Source: Oscillospiraceae bacterium
GTDB taxonomy: Bacteria; Bacillota; Clostridia; Oscillospirales; UBA929
Assembly (NCBI GenBank): GCA_031271665.1
Contig: JAISVI010000007.1
Location: 1-45,513, forward strand
Direction: 5' to 3'
DNA: 45,513 bases
Part shown: one piece after another, positions 1 through 8,130 of the stretch
Layout of the letters: each line of letters opens with the position of its first letter
Numbering within the stretch: position 1 is the first letter of the stretch
Program-made: the position numbers and the translations under genes
The notes under the pieces: model-generated
Database searches by the model: none
What the model saw: the letters and a program-made list of their open reading frames with translations, nothing else
What the model was told of the DNA's origin: nothing

Positions 1-42
1 TGCTCCCAAAGCAAGTGCGCTACCAAACTGCGCCACGCCCCG
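1..42 (-). tRNA. tRNA-Pro(UGG), 5' part only (cut by the window edge)
   Basis: The reverse complement reads CGGGGCG-TG-GCGC-AGTTTGGTA-GCGC-A-CTTGC-TTTGGGA-GCA. This gives an acceptor stem, U8, a GCGC/GCGC D-stem with a GG D-loop, and an anticodon loop with UGG followed by G37. Confidence 0.75.
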
Positions 43-115
43 ATGTATTTTGTGCCGTAAGATAGCATATCACTTTCTATGGCCGATGTAAAGTTCCCGC
101 AGGAGGTTTTTTGCC

Positions 116-943
116 TTGAAGATTTTCGACGCGCACTGTGACACGCTTTCCGCCGGATTTGACCTTGGGCGCGGCGCGGGGCAGTTTGACACACAGCGCG
201 CAATAGCGCGCGGCGGCGGGGTTCAGGTAATGGCCGCCTTCGGCGCGGATCAGGAGGGGCAGCTTAGGCGGCTTTCCGGGTACGTCACGGACTGCCGCGA
301 GGCGCTTGAGCGCGGCGCGCTTGCGCTTATCCCGGCGCTGGAGGGCGGCGACGCCGTGACCTCGCTTGAAGACGCAGAAAGGCTTATCGGCTTGGGCGTG
401 CGCTTTTTCGGACTTACTTGGAATAATGACAACGCGCTTGGCGGCGGGTGCTTGGGGTCAAGCGGACTTACCGCGCTTGGCCGCGGAGTTACAGAGCTTT
501 GCGAAAACCGGGGCGTAACCGTAGATTTGGCGCACGCGTCGAAGCAGACGTTTTGGGACGTGCTGAACCGCGCAAAGCGCCCCCCCGCCGTCACCCACGC
601 CTGTGCCGAGACCCTCAGGGCGCATATGCGCAATCTGGACGACAGCCAGCTTCGCGCGTTGGGCGAGCGGGGCGGAGTAGTCGGAATCACCTTTTACGTT
701 CCGTTCCTGACGGATACGCCGTCGCTTGCGTTCGACGCGCTTATCGCGCATTTCCGGCACGCCGTAAGCATCGCCGGGGAAGACGCCGTTGGCATAGGCT
801 CGGACTTCGACGGCTGTGACGCGCTTCCGCCGGGGCTTGAGGACACATCGCGCCTGCCCGCGCTTATCGAAAGACTGCCGTTTCCCGGACGGATAAAGGA
901 CAAAATCGCGTACGGCAATTTCCGGCGGCTGATTACGGAATAA
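116..943 (+). CDS. membrane (renal-type) dipeptidase, peptidase M19 family
   Basis: 275-aa ORF with a TTG start. It has N-terminal FDAHCDT plus VDLAH and GSDFDG motifs typical of M19 dipeptidases. Its 3' end overlaps the convergent ATPase gene by 11 nt. Confidence 0.85.
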   Translation: MKIFDAHCDTLSAGFDLGRGAGQFDTQRAIARGGGVQVMAAFGADQEGQLRRLSGYVTDCREALERGALALIPALEGGDAVTSLEDAERLIGLGVRFFGLTWNNDNALGGGCLGSSGLTALGRGVTELCENRGVTVDLAHASKQTFWDVLNRAKRPPAVTHACAETLRAHMRNLDDSQLRALGERGGVVGITFYVPFLTDTPSLAFDALIAHFRHAVSIAGEDAVGIGSDFDGCDALPPGLEDTSRLPALIERLPFPGRIKDKIAYGNFRRLITE

Positions 944-2882
944 GCTGTTCTCCCCACTCGCCAAGCTCCCTTGCGGTAAGAACCTTGTCAAGTTTCGCGT
1001 ACTCCATGCCGACCGCCCGCAAAATTTCTCCCATGCCGATAACGCCGGATCGGGCGGCGGCGATATACGCGGCGGTCAGAACGGTATTGCGTATGGCCGA
1101 GCCGCTTAATTCAAAGGTTTCGGCCAGAAACCGCGCGTCTATGCCGCCGTCAAGCGGCGCGCGGGAGTTTTCCATAAAACTTTTCCAAAGAAGAACGCGG
1201 GTCTCCGCGTCCGGCGCGGGGAACTCCACCCGAAGGTGAATGCGCCGCAGGAACGCGGGGTCCAGGTTGGAGGTAAGGTTTGTCGCGAGCAGCGCCACGC
1301 CGTCGAAACTTTCAAAACGCTGTAAAAGAAACGCCGTTTGCATGTTGGCGTATTTGTCGTGGCTGTCCCGCTGTTCGCCGCGCTTGCCGAACAGCGCGTC
1401 CGCCTCGTCAAAAAACAGCACGCCCGCGCTTTTGGCCGCCTCGGTGAACACGGATTCCAGGTTCTTTTCCGTTTCTCCGATATATTTGCTTACAAGCATG
1501 GCCAGATTAACCGTATACATCTCCATTCCAAGCTCCCGCGCGAGGATTTGCGCGGCCATGGTCTTGCCCGTGCCGGGCGGGCCGGAGAAAAGCGCGCGGA
1601 CGCCGCTTGTGCCGCAGGCGCGCCGGTCAAGCCCCCACGCGCCGCGCACGGTCTCGCCGTACAGTACGCGGTCGCGTATGTGAAAAAGCAGCTCTTTCTG
1701 CTCTTTGGGCAGTATAAGGTCGTCCCAAACATACTCCGAACGCGCCCTCTGCGCGAGCTTGTCCATACCGTGCGTAAGCCGCCCCTTACAGGCGGTGTGC
1801 AGACAGACGGCTGTCACCGCCGCGCCGCCCGCGCGTACGGCGGACTCTCTCGCTTCACGGCAGGCGTCAAGGATTTGCCCGGTCGTGAAGCGATAGCGCG
1901 CGGACATCACGCGCAAATCCTCCGCGTCCGCCTCCGGCATACATGTCCCCCAAATCGCAAGCCGCTGTTCAAAGCCAAGAACTGGCGTTTTAAGTGGGAT
2001 CACCGAGTATCCCTCCGCCGCCGGAAGGCTGGCCTCTTCCCCGCAGGCAAGGAACACGTTCGCCGGGCGCAGCGCGCGCAAAAGCGCTTCCAAAGGTTTC
2101 TCATAATCCCCAACATAGAGGAACGCGCCCGTAAGGGTAAGGAACGCCGCCAGATCGGCCATTGCCTCCGGCTTGCCGAACGCTTCGCCCGGTTCAAGGC
2201 GCGCGCAGATTCCGCCGTGCTCTTGTAAAAAGCGCGTTACCCAAAACTTGCGCCCGGAGCCCTTCGCGCCGCAAAGGCAGAAGACGTTGCCGGACGGCCT
2301 TACGGAAAGCTGCGCCGCGATAAGCCTTGGAATATCGCTGTTTACAAGCGTGGGATAGAGTGGGGCGTCCGGCGTCAGAACCGCGCAGTGTTCCGGGGGC
2401 GCCGCCAAGCCAAGCAGAAAGTCAAAAACGACCGGGCGAAGGCGCAGCGGCGCGCCGCCGCCCGTGTCAGTGAAAAGCAGTCCCGCGGCGCGCTTTTGAC
2501 TTCGCCAAAGGGCGTATAACGAGGAAGCTTCTTCCCGCGAGGCGGAGAAAACCCTTAGCGCAAGGTCAAGCGTAAGCCCCCCGAACGAATCCAGCACGGC
2601 GCGGTATGCCGGAAAAAGCTGCGCGGCAAGCGCAAGCTTTACCGTAAAGAAGCAAAACGGGTCAAGGCGCAGGATTTCCCGCACATCGCGCAGCGAGCCG
2701 CCGGCTTCCTCAAGCGAGGAAACTTCGTCCGCGTACGCCTGCCAAGCCTTTGCGCTGTCCGGCGGGTTTGCTATTTCAAGAAACTCCGCCGCGCGCGCGC
2801 CGCCCCCGCCCTCAAGCGCGAAGGCGTACAGCGGCCATCTAAGCGGCGACAGTTGGGTTGTCAGATACTCGGCCTGCGTCAT
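933..2882 (-). CDS. CIS AAA+ ATPase (Afp15/Pvc15-like)
   Basis: 649 aa. A C-terminal AAA module carries Walker A GPPGTGKT and Walker B VLFFDEADALF, preceded by KYIGETEKNLE. It follows a long non-ATPase N-terminal region. This is the last gene of the CIS operon. Confidence 0.9.
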   Translation of the reverse strand: MTQAEYLTTQLSPLRWPLYAFALEGGGGARAAEFLEIANPPDSAKAWQAYADEVSSLEEAGGSLRDVREILRLDPFCFFTVKLALAAQLFPAYRAVLDSFGGLTLDLALRVFSASREEASSLYALWRSQKRAAGLLFTDTGGGAPLRLRPVVFDFLLGLAAPPEHCAVLTPDAPLYPTLVNSDIPRLIAAQLSVRPSGNVFCLCGAKGSGRKFWVTRFLQEHGGICARLEPGEAFGKPEAMADLAAFLTLTGAFLYVGDYEKPLEALLRALRPANVFLACGEEASLPAAEGYSVIPLKTPVLGFEQRLAIWGTCMPEADAEDLRVMSARYRFTTGQILDACREARESAVRAGGAAVTAVCLHTACKGRLTHGMDKLAQRARSEYVWDDLILPKEQKELLFHIRDRVLYGETVRGAWGLDRRACGTSGVRALFSGPPGTGKTMAAQILARELGMEMYTVNLAMLVSKYIGETEKNLESVFTEAAKSAGVLFFDEADALFGKRGEQRDSHDKYANMQTAFLLQRFESFDGVALLATNLTSNLDPAFLRRIHLRVEFPAPDAETRVLLWKSFMENSRAPLDGGIDARFLAETFELSGSAIRNTVLTAAYIAAARSGVIGMGEILRAVGMEYAKLDKVLTARELGEWGEQLIP

Positions 2883-2893
2883 ATGCGCGCCCC

Positions 2894-5590
2894 CTATACT
2901 GTAAAAAGCGTCTCCGGCGGGGTGTCGGTATTTTGCCGCGCGTGGCTTTGTTTAAGGTATTCCCGGGAAGACGGGTCGTCTTGACCTTTTTTAAGAATCT
3001 CCAGAAACGCGCGCCGCGCCCTTGTATAGTCCGCGCTGTAATAACAGTCAACCCCCTGCCGGAACATATCCAAGGACGCGTCCTTTTTTTGTATCTGCGC
3101 GGCTGTGTCGCCGTCATAGAAATCGTACAGATTTCGCGTTTCGCCGCCGTCACCGATTATGCCAAGTCTGCGAAAGCGGTAGACATTGGCGTTTTCCATC
3201 GCGTCAAACGCGCCCTGCTCGACCATAAGGCGGCATCCGTAGCGCAGTCCGACCGGGCGTATTTCGTCCGCCTTGTGGGAAAAGCGCGAAAACAGCGTCA
3301 TGTTAAGCCGCCCGCCGTCCCCGGCAACCCCCAGAAATGAATCCGCGTAGGCAAGAAGGATACTGCACTCGATTTCCCCGTACGGCGTCCCCGCCGCCTC
3401 TTCGTTAAGGCGGTTTACCGCCGCGAGCATTGAAAGTGCCGCGTCCGCCGCCTTGCTTGGCGCGCAGTCCAAAAGCGCGCGCAGTTCGCGGCTGTTGAAG
3501 CGCTCGGCAACGCCGCCGAATTTTGCGAGCGCCGGAAGTATCCGCGCGTAAAAGCGGTTAAGCGCGACCAGGTGGTCTTCGTGCGTGTCAAAGCTTTCCG
3601 TCATAAGCAAAAGAAACATGGCTCTTGTCTGAATACAGTCCGCGGCGCGCACGTCCCGGATTGACGCTTTGTCCAAAACGGACAGCATTTCGCGCGGAAC
3701 AAATCGGCTGTAGGCGTCGCTTACCGAGCGTATCTCGACAATCGCGTTTTCCACAGAGGCGGCCATGCTGTTGAACGCGCTTGCGATCTCGCCCGTTTCG
3801 TCCAGATTGCGCACGTTCACCCGCGCGCCGTAATCGCCGTCCGCCACGGCAACGGCCCCGCGCCGCAGTCTGCCAAGCGCCCGCATCGTCACGGCGAGGA
3901 CGGCGGCAAGCGCGGCGATAAGCGCCGAAAGCACATAAAGGCAAAGGCGCGTCATCTGGCTTACGACGCTTTCGATGTCCGCGGCCATATCCCATTCCGG
4001 GGTGCTTACCTCTAAAAGCCCGACAAGTGTCTCCCCGTCCAAAACCGGGTACATAAGGGACAGCCACGCCCCCTCGTCGGCGCGGTCATACTGGCGCATA
4101 AAGACGGGCACCGTGCGCTTTTCCAGTAAATAATCCCGTTCCTCGCCCTGCGCAAGCGTGCCGTGGTAGTCCATATCCAGATTGACTATCGAATTGTCGC
4201 ATACCGCCACATAAACGCGTTTCCCTTCCACGCGGTAAAGCCAGTAGTTCATATAAATCGTTGTGACCTGCTCGCCCTGGCTGCCATGTCCCGACGCGTC
4301 GTAGACAGTGCGCTGGTGAAGACCCGACCACCCCCGAAGCTGATTGCGAAGGGAAAGAAAGTACTCGCTTGAGAACGGCTCGTCCCAGTTTATCCGCGCG
4401 AAGCGGGCCGCGTTGATGCCGGAAACCTTCTCCCGCGAGTCGGACAGTATCGCCGCGCGCGCGCTTTCGTACATAAGCGCGCGTATGCGCCCCGCCGATA
4501 CCGCGATAATAACGGCGGTGCCGACGGCGAAAACAGGGACGACGGCAAGCGCAAGCTTCAAAACAAGACTGACCCGGCGGCGTTTGTAAATATGGCGCGC
4601 GGCGCACAGTATAATGACGGCGGCCGCCGCTTCAAGCGCCGCCGGAACAAGCGTCTTTCCCGTCAGCAGAAAGCGCGGCGGTACGCGGACTTCGGGGAAG
4701 TCGCGCGTCTCCCCCGAAACGGATACCCTATAGCCCCCGTCCTTTTTAAGCGCGACCCATGTGTCTTCGCTAAGGGCGTTTACGCGGTAAATGTCGCGTA
4801 TGCCTTCCCGCACGGCTTCAAAGGAATCCGCCCCGGGCGCAAGCTTCAGCAAGGCATCCCCGTTCTCGCTGTCCGCGGCGAACAGGTAAAGCGCGCCGCC
4901 CGCCGTGGAAAGCTGCACGGCGGACATGCTCCCCGGCAGGTAAATATCTTCCCATTCCGCTCCCCGCAAGCGGTATACGCGGGAATCCGGCGACACCGCG
5001 TAAAGCGTTCCGCCGTCGGCCACCGCAAACCATGTAAGCGCGAACGGCAGCGGCGCGGTATCCCAAAGGCGCGTCTCGCCACTTTGTATATCAACGCGGT
5101 AAACGGTTAAAGCGCCGCCTGTTTCCGCGTAGAAAAGCCCGCCTTGGGAAATCCCCCCGGCGATTTCAAGCAAGCCGCCCCGCATTTCGCAAAGTGTGCG
5201 CGTATGCCCGGTGCGCATGTCGCATACGGCGATAAAGCTGTTTTGCGTCTGGGGCGAAGCATAGGGAAGCTCGTTTATACTCAGATAGACAAGTTCGTCC
5301 TCTTCGGCAAGAATATGCACCGTCCGGCGGGTCTTTCCGTCCGCTCCGTTTTTGGAAAAGCCGACAGCCCGCATAAGAGCGCCCTCCGGGGAGATTTCCC
5401 TAAGCGTAAGCGTATCCCCCCGCGCGTCATGGATGTCGCAGACTGTCCCCCGCGCCGTTATCATGCGCTCGGCCGAGCCGCTTACGCCGCGCAGTTCCAG
5501 ACCGCGAAGCCATACGTTAATCGCGGTGATTGCCGCCGTGACAATAAGTAAAAGCGCGATAAACGCGGGCGTGAACATCTTGCCTTTCAT
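2894..5590 (-). CDS. polytopic membrane receptor: two extracytoplasmic domains, HAMP, degenerate class III cyclase-homology domain, TPR-like tail
   Basis: 898 aa with four hydrophobic TM segments. A HAMP-like segment (DETGEIASAFNSMAASV) is followed by FVPREMLSVLDKASIRDV, the usual entry into cyclase-homology domains. The positions expected to hold the metal-binding Asp residues read LLLMTESFDT and FNSRELRALL. Gaps to the neighbouring core genes are 6 and 11 nt. Confidence 0.8.
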   Translation of the reverse strand: MKGKMFTPAFIALLLIVTAAITAINVWLRGLELRGVSGSAERMITARGTVCDIHDARGDTLTLREISPEGALMRAVGFSKNGADGKTRRTVHILAEEDELVYLSINELPYASPQTQNSFIAVCDMRTGHTRTLCEMRGGLLEIAGGISQGGLFYAETGGALTVYRVDIQSGETRLWDTAPLPFALTWFAVADGGTLYAVSPDSRVYRLRGAEWEDIYLPGSMSAVQLSTAGGALYLFAADSENGDALLKLAPGADSFEAVREGIRDIYRVNALSEDTWVALKKDGGYRVSVSGETRDFPEVRVPPRFLLTGKTLVPAALEAAAAVIILCAARHIYKRRRVSLVLKLALAVVPVFAVGTAVIIAVSAGRIRALMYESARAAILSDSREKVSGINAARFARINWDEPFSSEYFLSLRNQLRGWSGLHQRTVYDASGHGSQGEQVTTIYMNYWLYRVEGKRVYVAVCDNSIVNLDMDYHGTLAQGEERDYLLEKRTVPVFMRQYDRADEGAWLSLMYPVLDGETLVGLLEVSTPEWDMAADIESVVSQMTRLCLYVLSALIAALAAVLAVTMRALGRLRRGAVAVADGDYGARVNVRNLDETGEIASAFNSMAASVENAIVEIRSVSDAYSRFVPREMLSVLDKASIRDVRAADCIQTRAMFLLLMTESFDTHEDHLVALNRFYARILPALAKFGGVAERFNSRELRALLDCAPSKAADAALSMLAAVNRLNEEAAGTPYGEIECSILLAYADSFLGVAGDGGRLNMTLFSRFSHKADEIRPVGLRYGCRLMVEQGAFDAMENANVYRFRRLGIIGDGGETRNLYDFYDGDTAAQIQKKDASLDMFRQGVDCYYSADYTRARRAFLEILKKGQDDPSSREYLKQSHARQNTDTPPETLFTV

Positions 5591-5596
5591 ATACCG

Positions 5597-5983
5597 CTAT
5601 CCCACCATGATTGTGGCCTGCCCGGCAAAGCTTACGGTAATCGCGCCGCCCCACATGCACCGGCACTGCGAAGAGTCCGTAAGCGCGGGCTGCCCGCCTA
5701 TCGTTACCGTGGAAGAGCCGGGCGACCAGGGCGCGGCGACGCTTGGCACACAGGGCATCGGCGTAAGCGCGCCCATCGCCGCGGCGGTTGCCGCCGCCAC
5801 CGTGGGATTGCTTATGGAATTGCACATAGCAAACGGCATGATATTCACAAGCGGCTTATTATCCATTATGTTCGCCATCGGCATCATATTAACCACCTTG
5901 TTCTGCGGCAATACGTTAAGGACCGAGGGCGCGGCGCCGAACGGGCATTTCGTCACCGCCCCGCCGCAAACGCCAAACCCCAT
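5597..5983 (-). CDS. DUF4280 (PAAR-like) spike-tip protein
   Basis: 128 aa. GAVTKCPFGAAPSVLNV...NIMPFAMCNSISNPTVAAATAAAMGALTPMPCVP...PWSPGSSTVTIGGQPAL...CRCMWGGAITV matches the DUF4280 pattern almost position for position. Confidence 0.9.
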   Translation of the reverse strand: MGFGVCGGAVTKCPFGAAPSVLNVLPQNKVVNMMPMANIMDNKPLVNIMPFAMCNSISNPTVAAATAAAMGALTPMPCVPSVAAPWSPGSSTVTIGGQPALTDSSQCRCMWGGAITVSFAGQATIMVG

Positions 5984-5998
5984 ACGACCGACTACCTC

Positions 5999-6643
5999 TC
6001 ATAATTCAATTTTCTCTGTCATACCGCCGCGCAGGATATACAAAAGCCGCGCGTTTTCCGGTATCGGCACTCGCGCCGCGCCTTCCCCTATACGGAAAAG
6101 CGGCGTCACGCGGGAACGCGCGGGGAAATCGCGTACCGCCGGCTCCGAAAGGACATACTTTCCCCGTCCGCCTCCGGCGTTTAAGAAAACCGGGGTCTCC
6201 GTCCCGTCCGGGGCAGAGAGTATGTGCATAAGCCCCGACAAATCGGCGTAATCCTCTTTGCGCAGACTTATATCGCGCCCGCCCGCCCGCGTTTCGGCGC
6301 ACAGGGCATAGCCGCCGCGCTCACCGCGAAAGCCGATGTGCGCGCCGCCGTCAAGTTCGTAAACGCGCCCCCTCGCAACATGACGCGCAAGCAGCGCGGC
6401 GCGCAGAAAACCCTCGCCCTCCGAAACGCGCAGGGTAATCCCCGCGTAAAACTCCGACGCGACGGCCACAAGCGCCGGACGCGTTCCCGTGAAGACAAAG
6501 TGTCCGTCTTCCTTGGCCGCCGGGACGCAAAACCCGTCCGCGCCGCGTACGCGCAGCGAACGGTCGCCGGGCCAAACCGGCCTTCCCGTGGCAAAGTCGT
6601 CAAGGCGCACCACAAGCGAAGCCTTTACAAATCGAGCCGTCAT
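5999..6643 (-). CDS. hypothetical CIS-associated protein (N-terminal beta-sandwich, carboxypeptidase-regulatory-like pattern)
   Basis: 214 aa. Its start overlaps the stop of the DUF4255 gene by 4 nt, suggesting translational coupling. The N-terminus (LVVRLDDFATGRPVWPGDRSLRVRG..EDGHFVF) resembles prealbumin-like beta-sandwich domains. No other motif was recognised. Confidence 0.6.
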   Translation of the reverse strand: MTARFVKASLVVRLDDFATGRPVWPGDRSLRVRGADGFCVPAAKEDGHFVFTGTRPALVAVASEFYAGITLRVSEGEGFLRAALLARHVARGRVYELDGGAHIGFRGERGGYALCAETRAGGRDISLRKEDYADLSGLMHILSAPDGTETPVFLNAGGGRGKYVLSEPAVRDFPARSRVTPLFRIGEGAARVPIPENARLLYILRGGMTEKIEL

Positions 6644-7179
6644 ATATCCCGCGTTTCAAGCCCCGCCGCCCCGACGCGGGCGACGGGCGTAAACCTTTGC
6701 GACGCGACCGCGATTGGCGCGCATCGGTAAAACAGGGAAAGGCGGTACGCCGTGCCGGAAAACTGCCATATCTTGCTTACCCTGTCCTCGTCCGGCGAAA
6801 GCAGTTCTATCCGGGGCGCGGGTATGACGGCGGGCTGTACCGCGCCGGAGAAGGGCAGCACGTAAATGTCGGTCCAAAGCCGCATTACCCGTTCCAGAAC
6901 CTTATAGTCGTCCGCCAGACCGGATTTCTTCCCGGCATAGGATGTGACCATAAAGCGCATTTCGGCGCACAGGGGCGGTGCCTCTTTGCCCCCGTCCACG
7001 CGCAGGGCGTCCGTAAGCTGATAGCGCGCGTCCTTTACAAGGCTGTACGGGAACACCCCAAGCAGACATGTCTCGTCCATGTCCGCAGGCGAGCGAAGGC
7101 CGATCTGTCCGGGCTGAAGCAGCGGCGGAAGCCCGGCTCTAAGCGCGGACAGGATTGCCTGTGTAATATCCGAAAGCAT
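6640..7179 (-). CDS. DUF4255 tail terminator/cap protein (Afp16/Pvc16-like)
   Basis: 179 aa. The N-terminus (MLSDITQAILSALRAGLPP...IGLRSPADMD...LGVFPYSL) and the later MRFMVTSYA segment are typical of the DUF4255/Pvc16_N family. Confidence 0.85.
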   Translation of the reverse strand: MLSDITQAILSALRAGLPPLLQPGQIGLRSPADMDETCLLGVFPYSLVKDARYQLTDALRVDGGKEAPPLCAEMRFMVTSYAGKKSGLADDYKVLERVMRLWTDIYVLPFSGAVQPAVIPAPRIELLSPDEDRVSKIWQFSGTAYRLSLFYRCAPIAVASQRFTPVARVGAAGLETRDI

Positions 7180-7221
7180 GGCAAATCCCCCTATTTAACA
7201 CGTTCGGGCGCGGGGATTGTG

Positions 7222-7389
7222 CTAAGAGCCTGTTTACTATCTGTTCGCGGATGGGCTTTTGAGTTAAATTCGATGTGCCGCAAGGAAAAAGCGGAGTGAA
7301 TGCTTTGTGCATTCACGAGCATTTTGACGCGGCGGAACGCGAATTCAGCCAAAAGACCGCCGCACAACAGATAGTAAACAGGCTCTAAG
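7222..7389. mobile_element. 158-bp palindromic (MITE/ERIC-like) element with 19-bp terminal inverted repeats and a 5-bp CTAAG direct duplication
   Basis: The inverted repeat AGCCTGTTTACTATCTGTT (7227-7245) pairs with AACAGATAGTAAACAGGCT (7366-7384). CTAAG occurs at 7222-7226 and 7385-7389. The interior is a long imperfect hairpin with a central GTGAATGC/GCATTCAC stem. Removing the element plus one CTAAG copy restores an 11-nt intergenic gap. Confidence 0.7.
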
Positions 7390-8130
7390 GAATATAACGC
7401 CGCCATCCTCCGACGGGACGGGGTCTTCCGGGGGCGGGGACGTGGATTCCGGCGTGGGTTCGGGCGTCGGTTCCGGCGTGGGCGTGGGCGTTGGCGTGGG
7501 TTCGGGGGACGGCGTTGGGGAAACGGCCGGCTTTCCGTCCGGGCCGTATTCAACCCCGGCCTGCATCCGCGCGCCCTTCAGGTATTTGCCGGAAAAGACG
7601 GGATGCCCGGTTTCGGGGTTATACTCCGTCCCCTCGCCGTCAAAAAGCCCCGCTGAAAATTCGCCCTTATAGCAAACGCTGCCGCCTTCGTAAAGCGTAC
7701 CCTGCCCATGAAACAAATTGGCCTTAAACCCGCCGCTGTATCTGACGAGGCCGTCCGCGCCGTAAAGCGTCCCCGCCCCGTCATACCGGTTTTCCTGAAA
7801 GCCGCCCTCGTACAAAAGCTTTCCGTCTTCGTAAAGCCGCCCCTGTCCGGCGACGACGCCTTTGTCAATCTCGCCTTCGTATACAAGCGTTCCGTCCGGC
7901 GCAAGAAGCCTTGCCCGCCCGGTATACTCCGCAAGATAGGGCGAGTGCACCGAAAACTCCGGCACGGCTTTTTGGGAAATAATAAAGCGTATGACCGCCG
8001 GGTGTATTAAAAGCGCGTACGTGACTGCGGCGGCAAGCAGGGCGCAGGCAAGCCGCCACAGAAAGGCAAGGCTTGCAAAGCGCCGCCCCAGACGGACATA
8101 ACCCTTGATTTTACGGTGTGACGCTTTCAT
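7345..8130 (-). CDS. N-terminally TM-anchored MORN-repeat protein with a Pro/Thr-rich tail
   Basis: 261 aa. A TM segment (LAFLWRLACALLAAAVTYALLI) is followed by about six YEGxFxxxxxxGxGxL MORN-type repeats and then PTPSPEPTPTPTPTPEPTPEPTPE. The last 14 codons lie inside the palindromic element. The start overlaps the upstream gene by 20 nt. Confidence 0.85.
   Translation of the reverse strand: MKASHRKIKGYVRLGRRFASLAFLWRLACALLAAAVTYALLIHPAVIRFIISQKAVPEFSVHSPYLAEYTGRARLLAPDGTLVYEGEIDKGVVAGQGRLYEDGKLLYEGGFQENRYDGAGTLYGADGLVRYSGGFKANLFHGQGTLYEGGSVCYKGEFSAGLFDGEGTEYNPETGHPVFSGKYLKGARMQAGVEYGPDGKPAVSPTPSPEPTPTPTPTPEPTPEPTPESTSPPPEDPVPSEDGGVIFLRACLLSVVRRSFG

Noticed and set aside
1338-2228. 296-aa plus-strand ORF and other plus-strand ORFs inside 933-2882
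   Set aside because: They are antisense to the AAA+ ATPase gene, which has canonical Walker motifs. Their composition is typical of GC-rich antisense frames.
2894-5590. Calling the 898-aa protein an active adenylate/guanylate cyclase
   Set aside because: The fold entry motif is present, but the positions of both metal-binding Asp residues and of the Asn/Arg pair appear substituted. It is therefore reported as a degenerate cyclase-homology domain pending a formal alignment.
7191-7553. 120-aa Arg/Pro-rich minus-strand ORF
   Set aside because: It is an out-of-frame reading of the Pro/Thr linker of the MORN gene. Only its last 11 codons are meaningful, as the pre-insertion C-terminus of the MORN protein (see the element finding).
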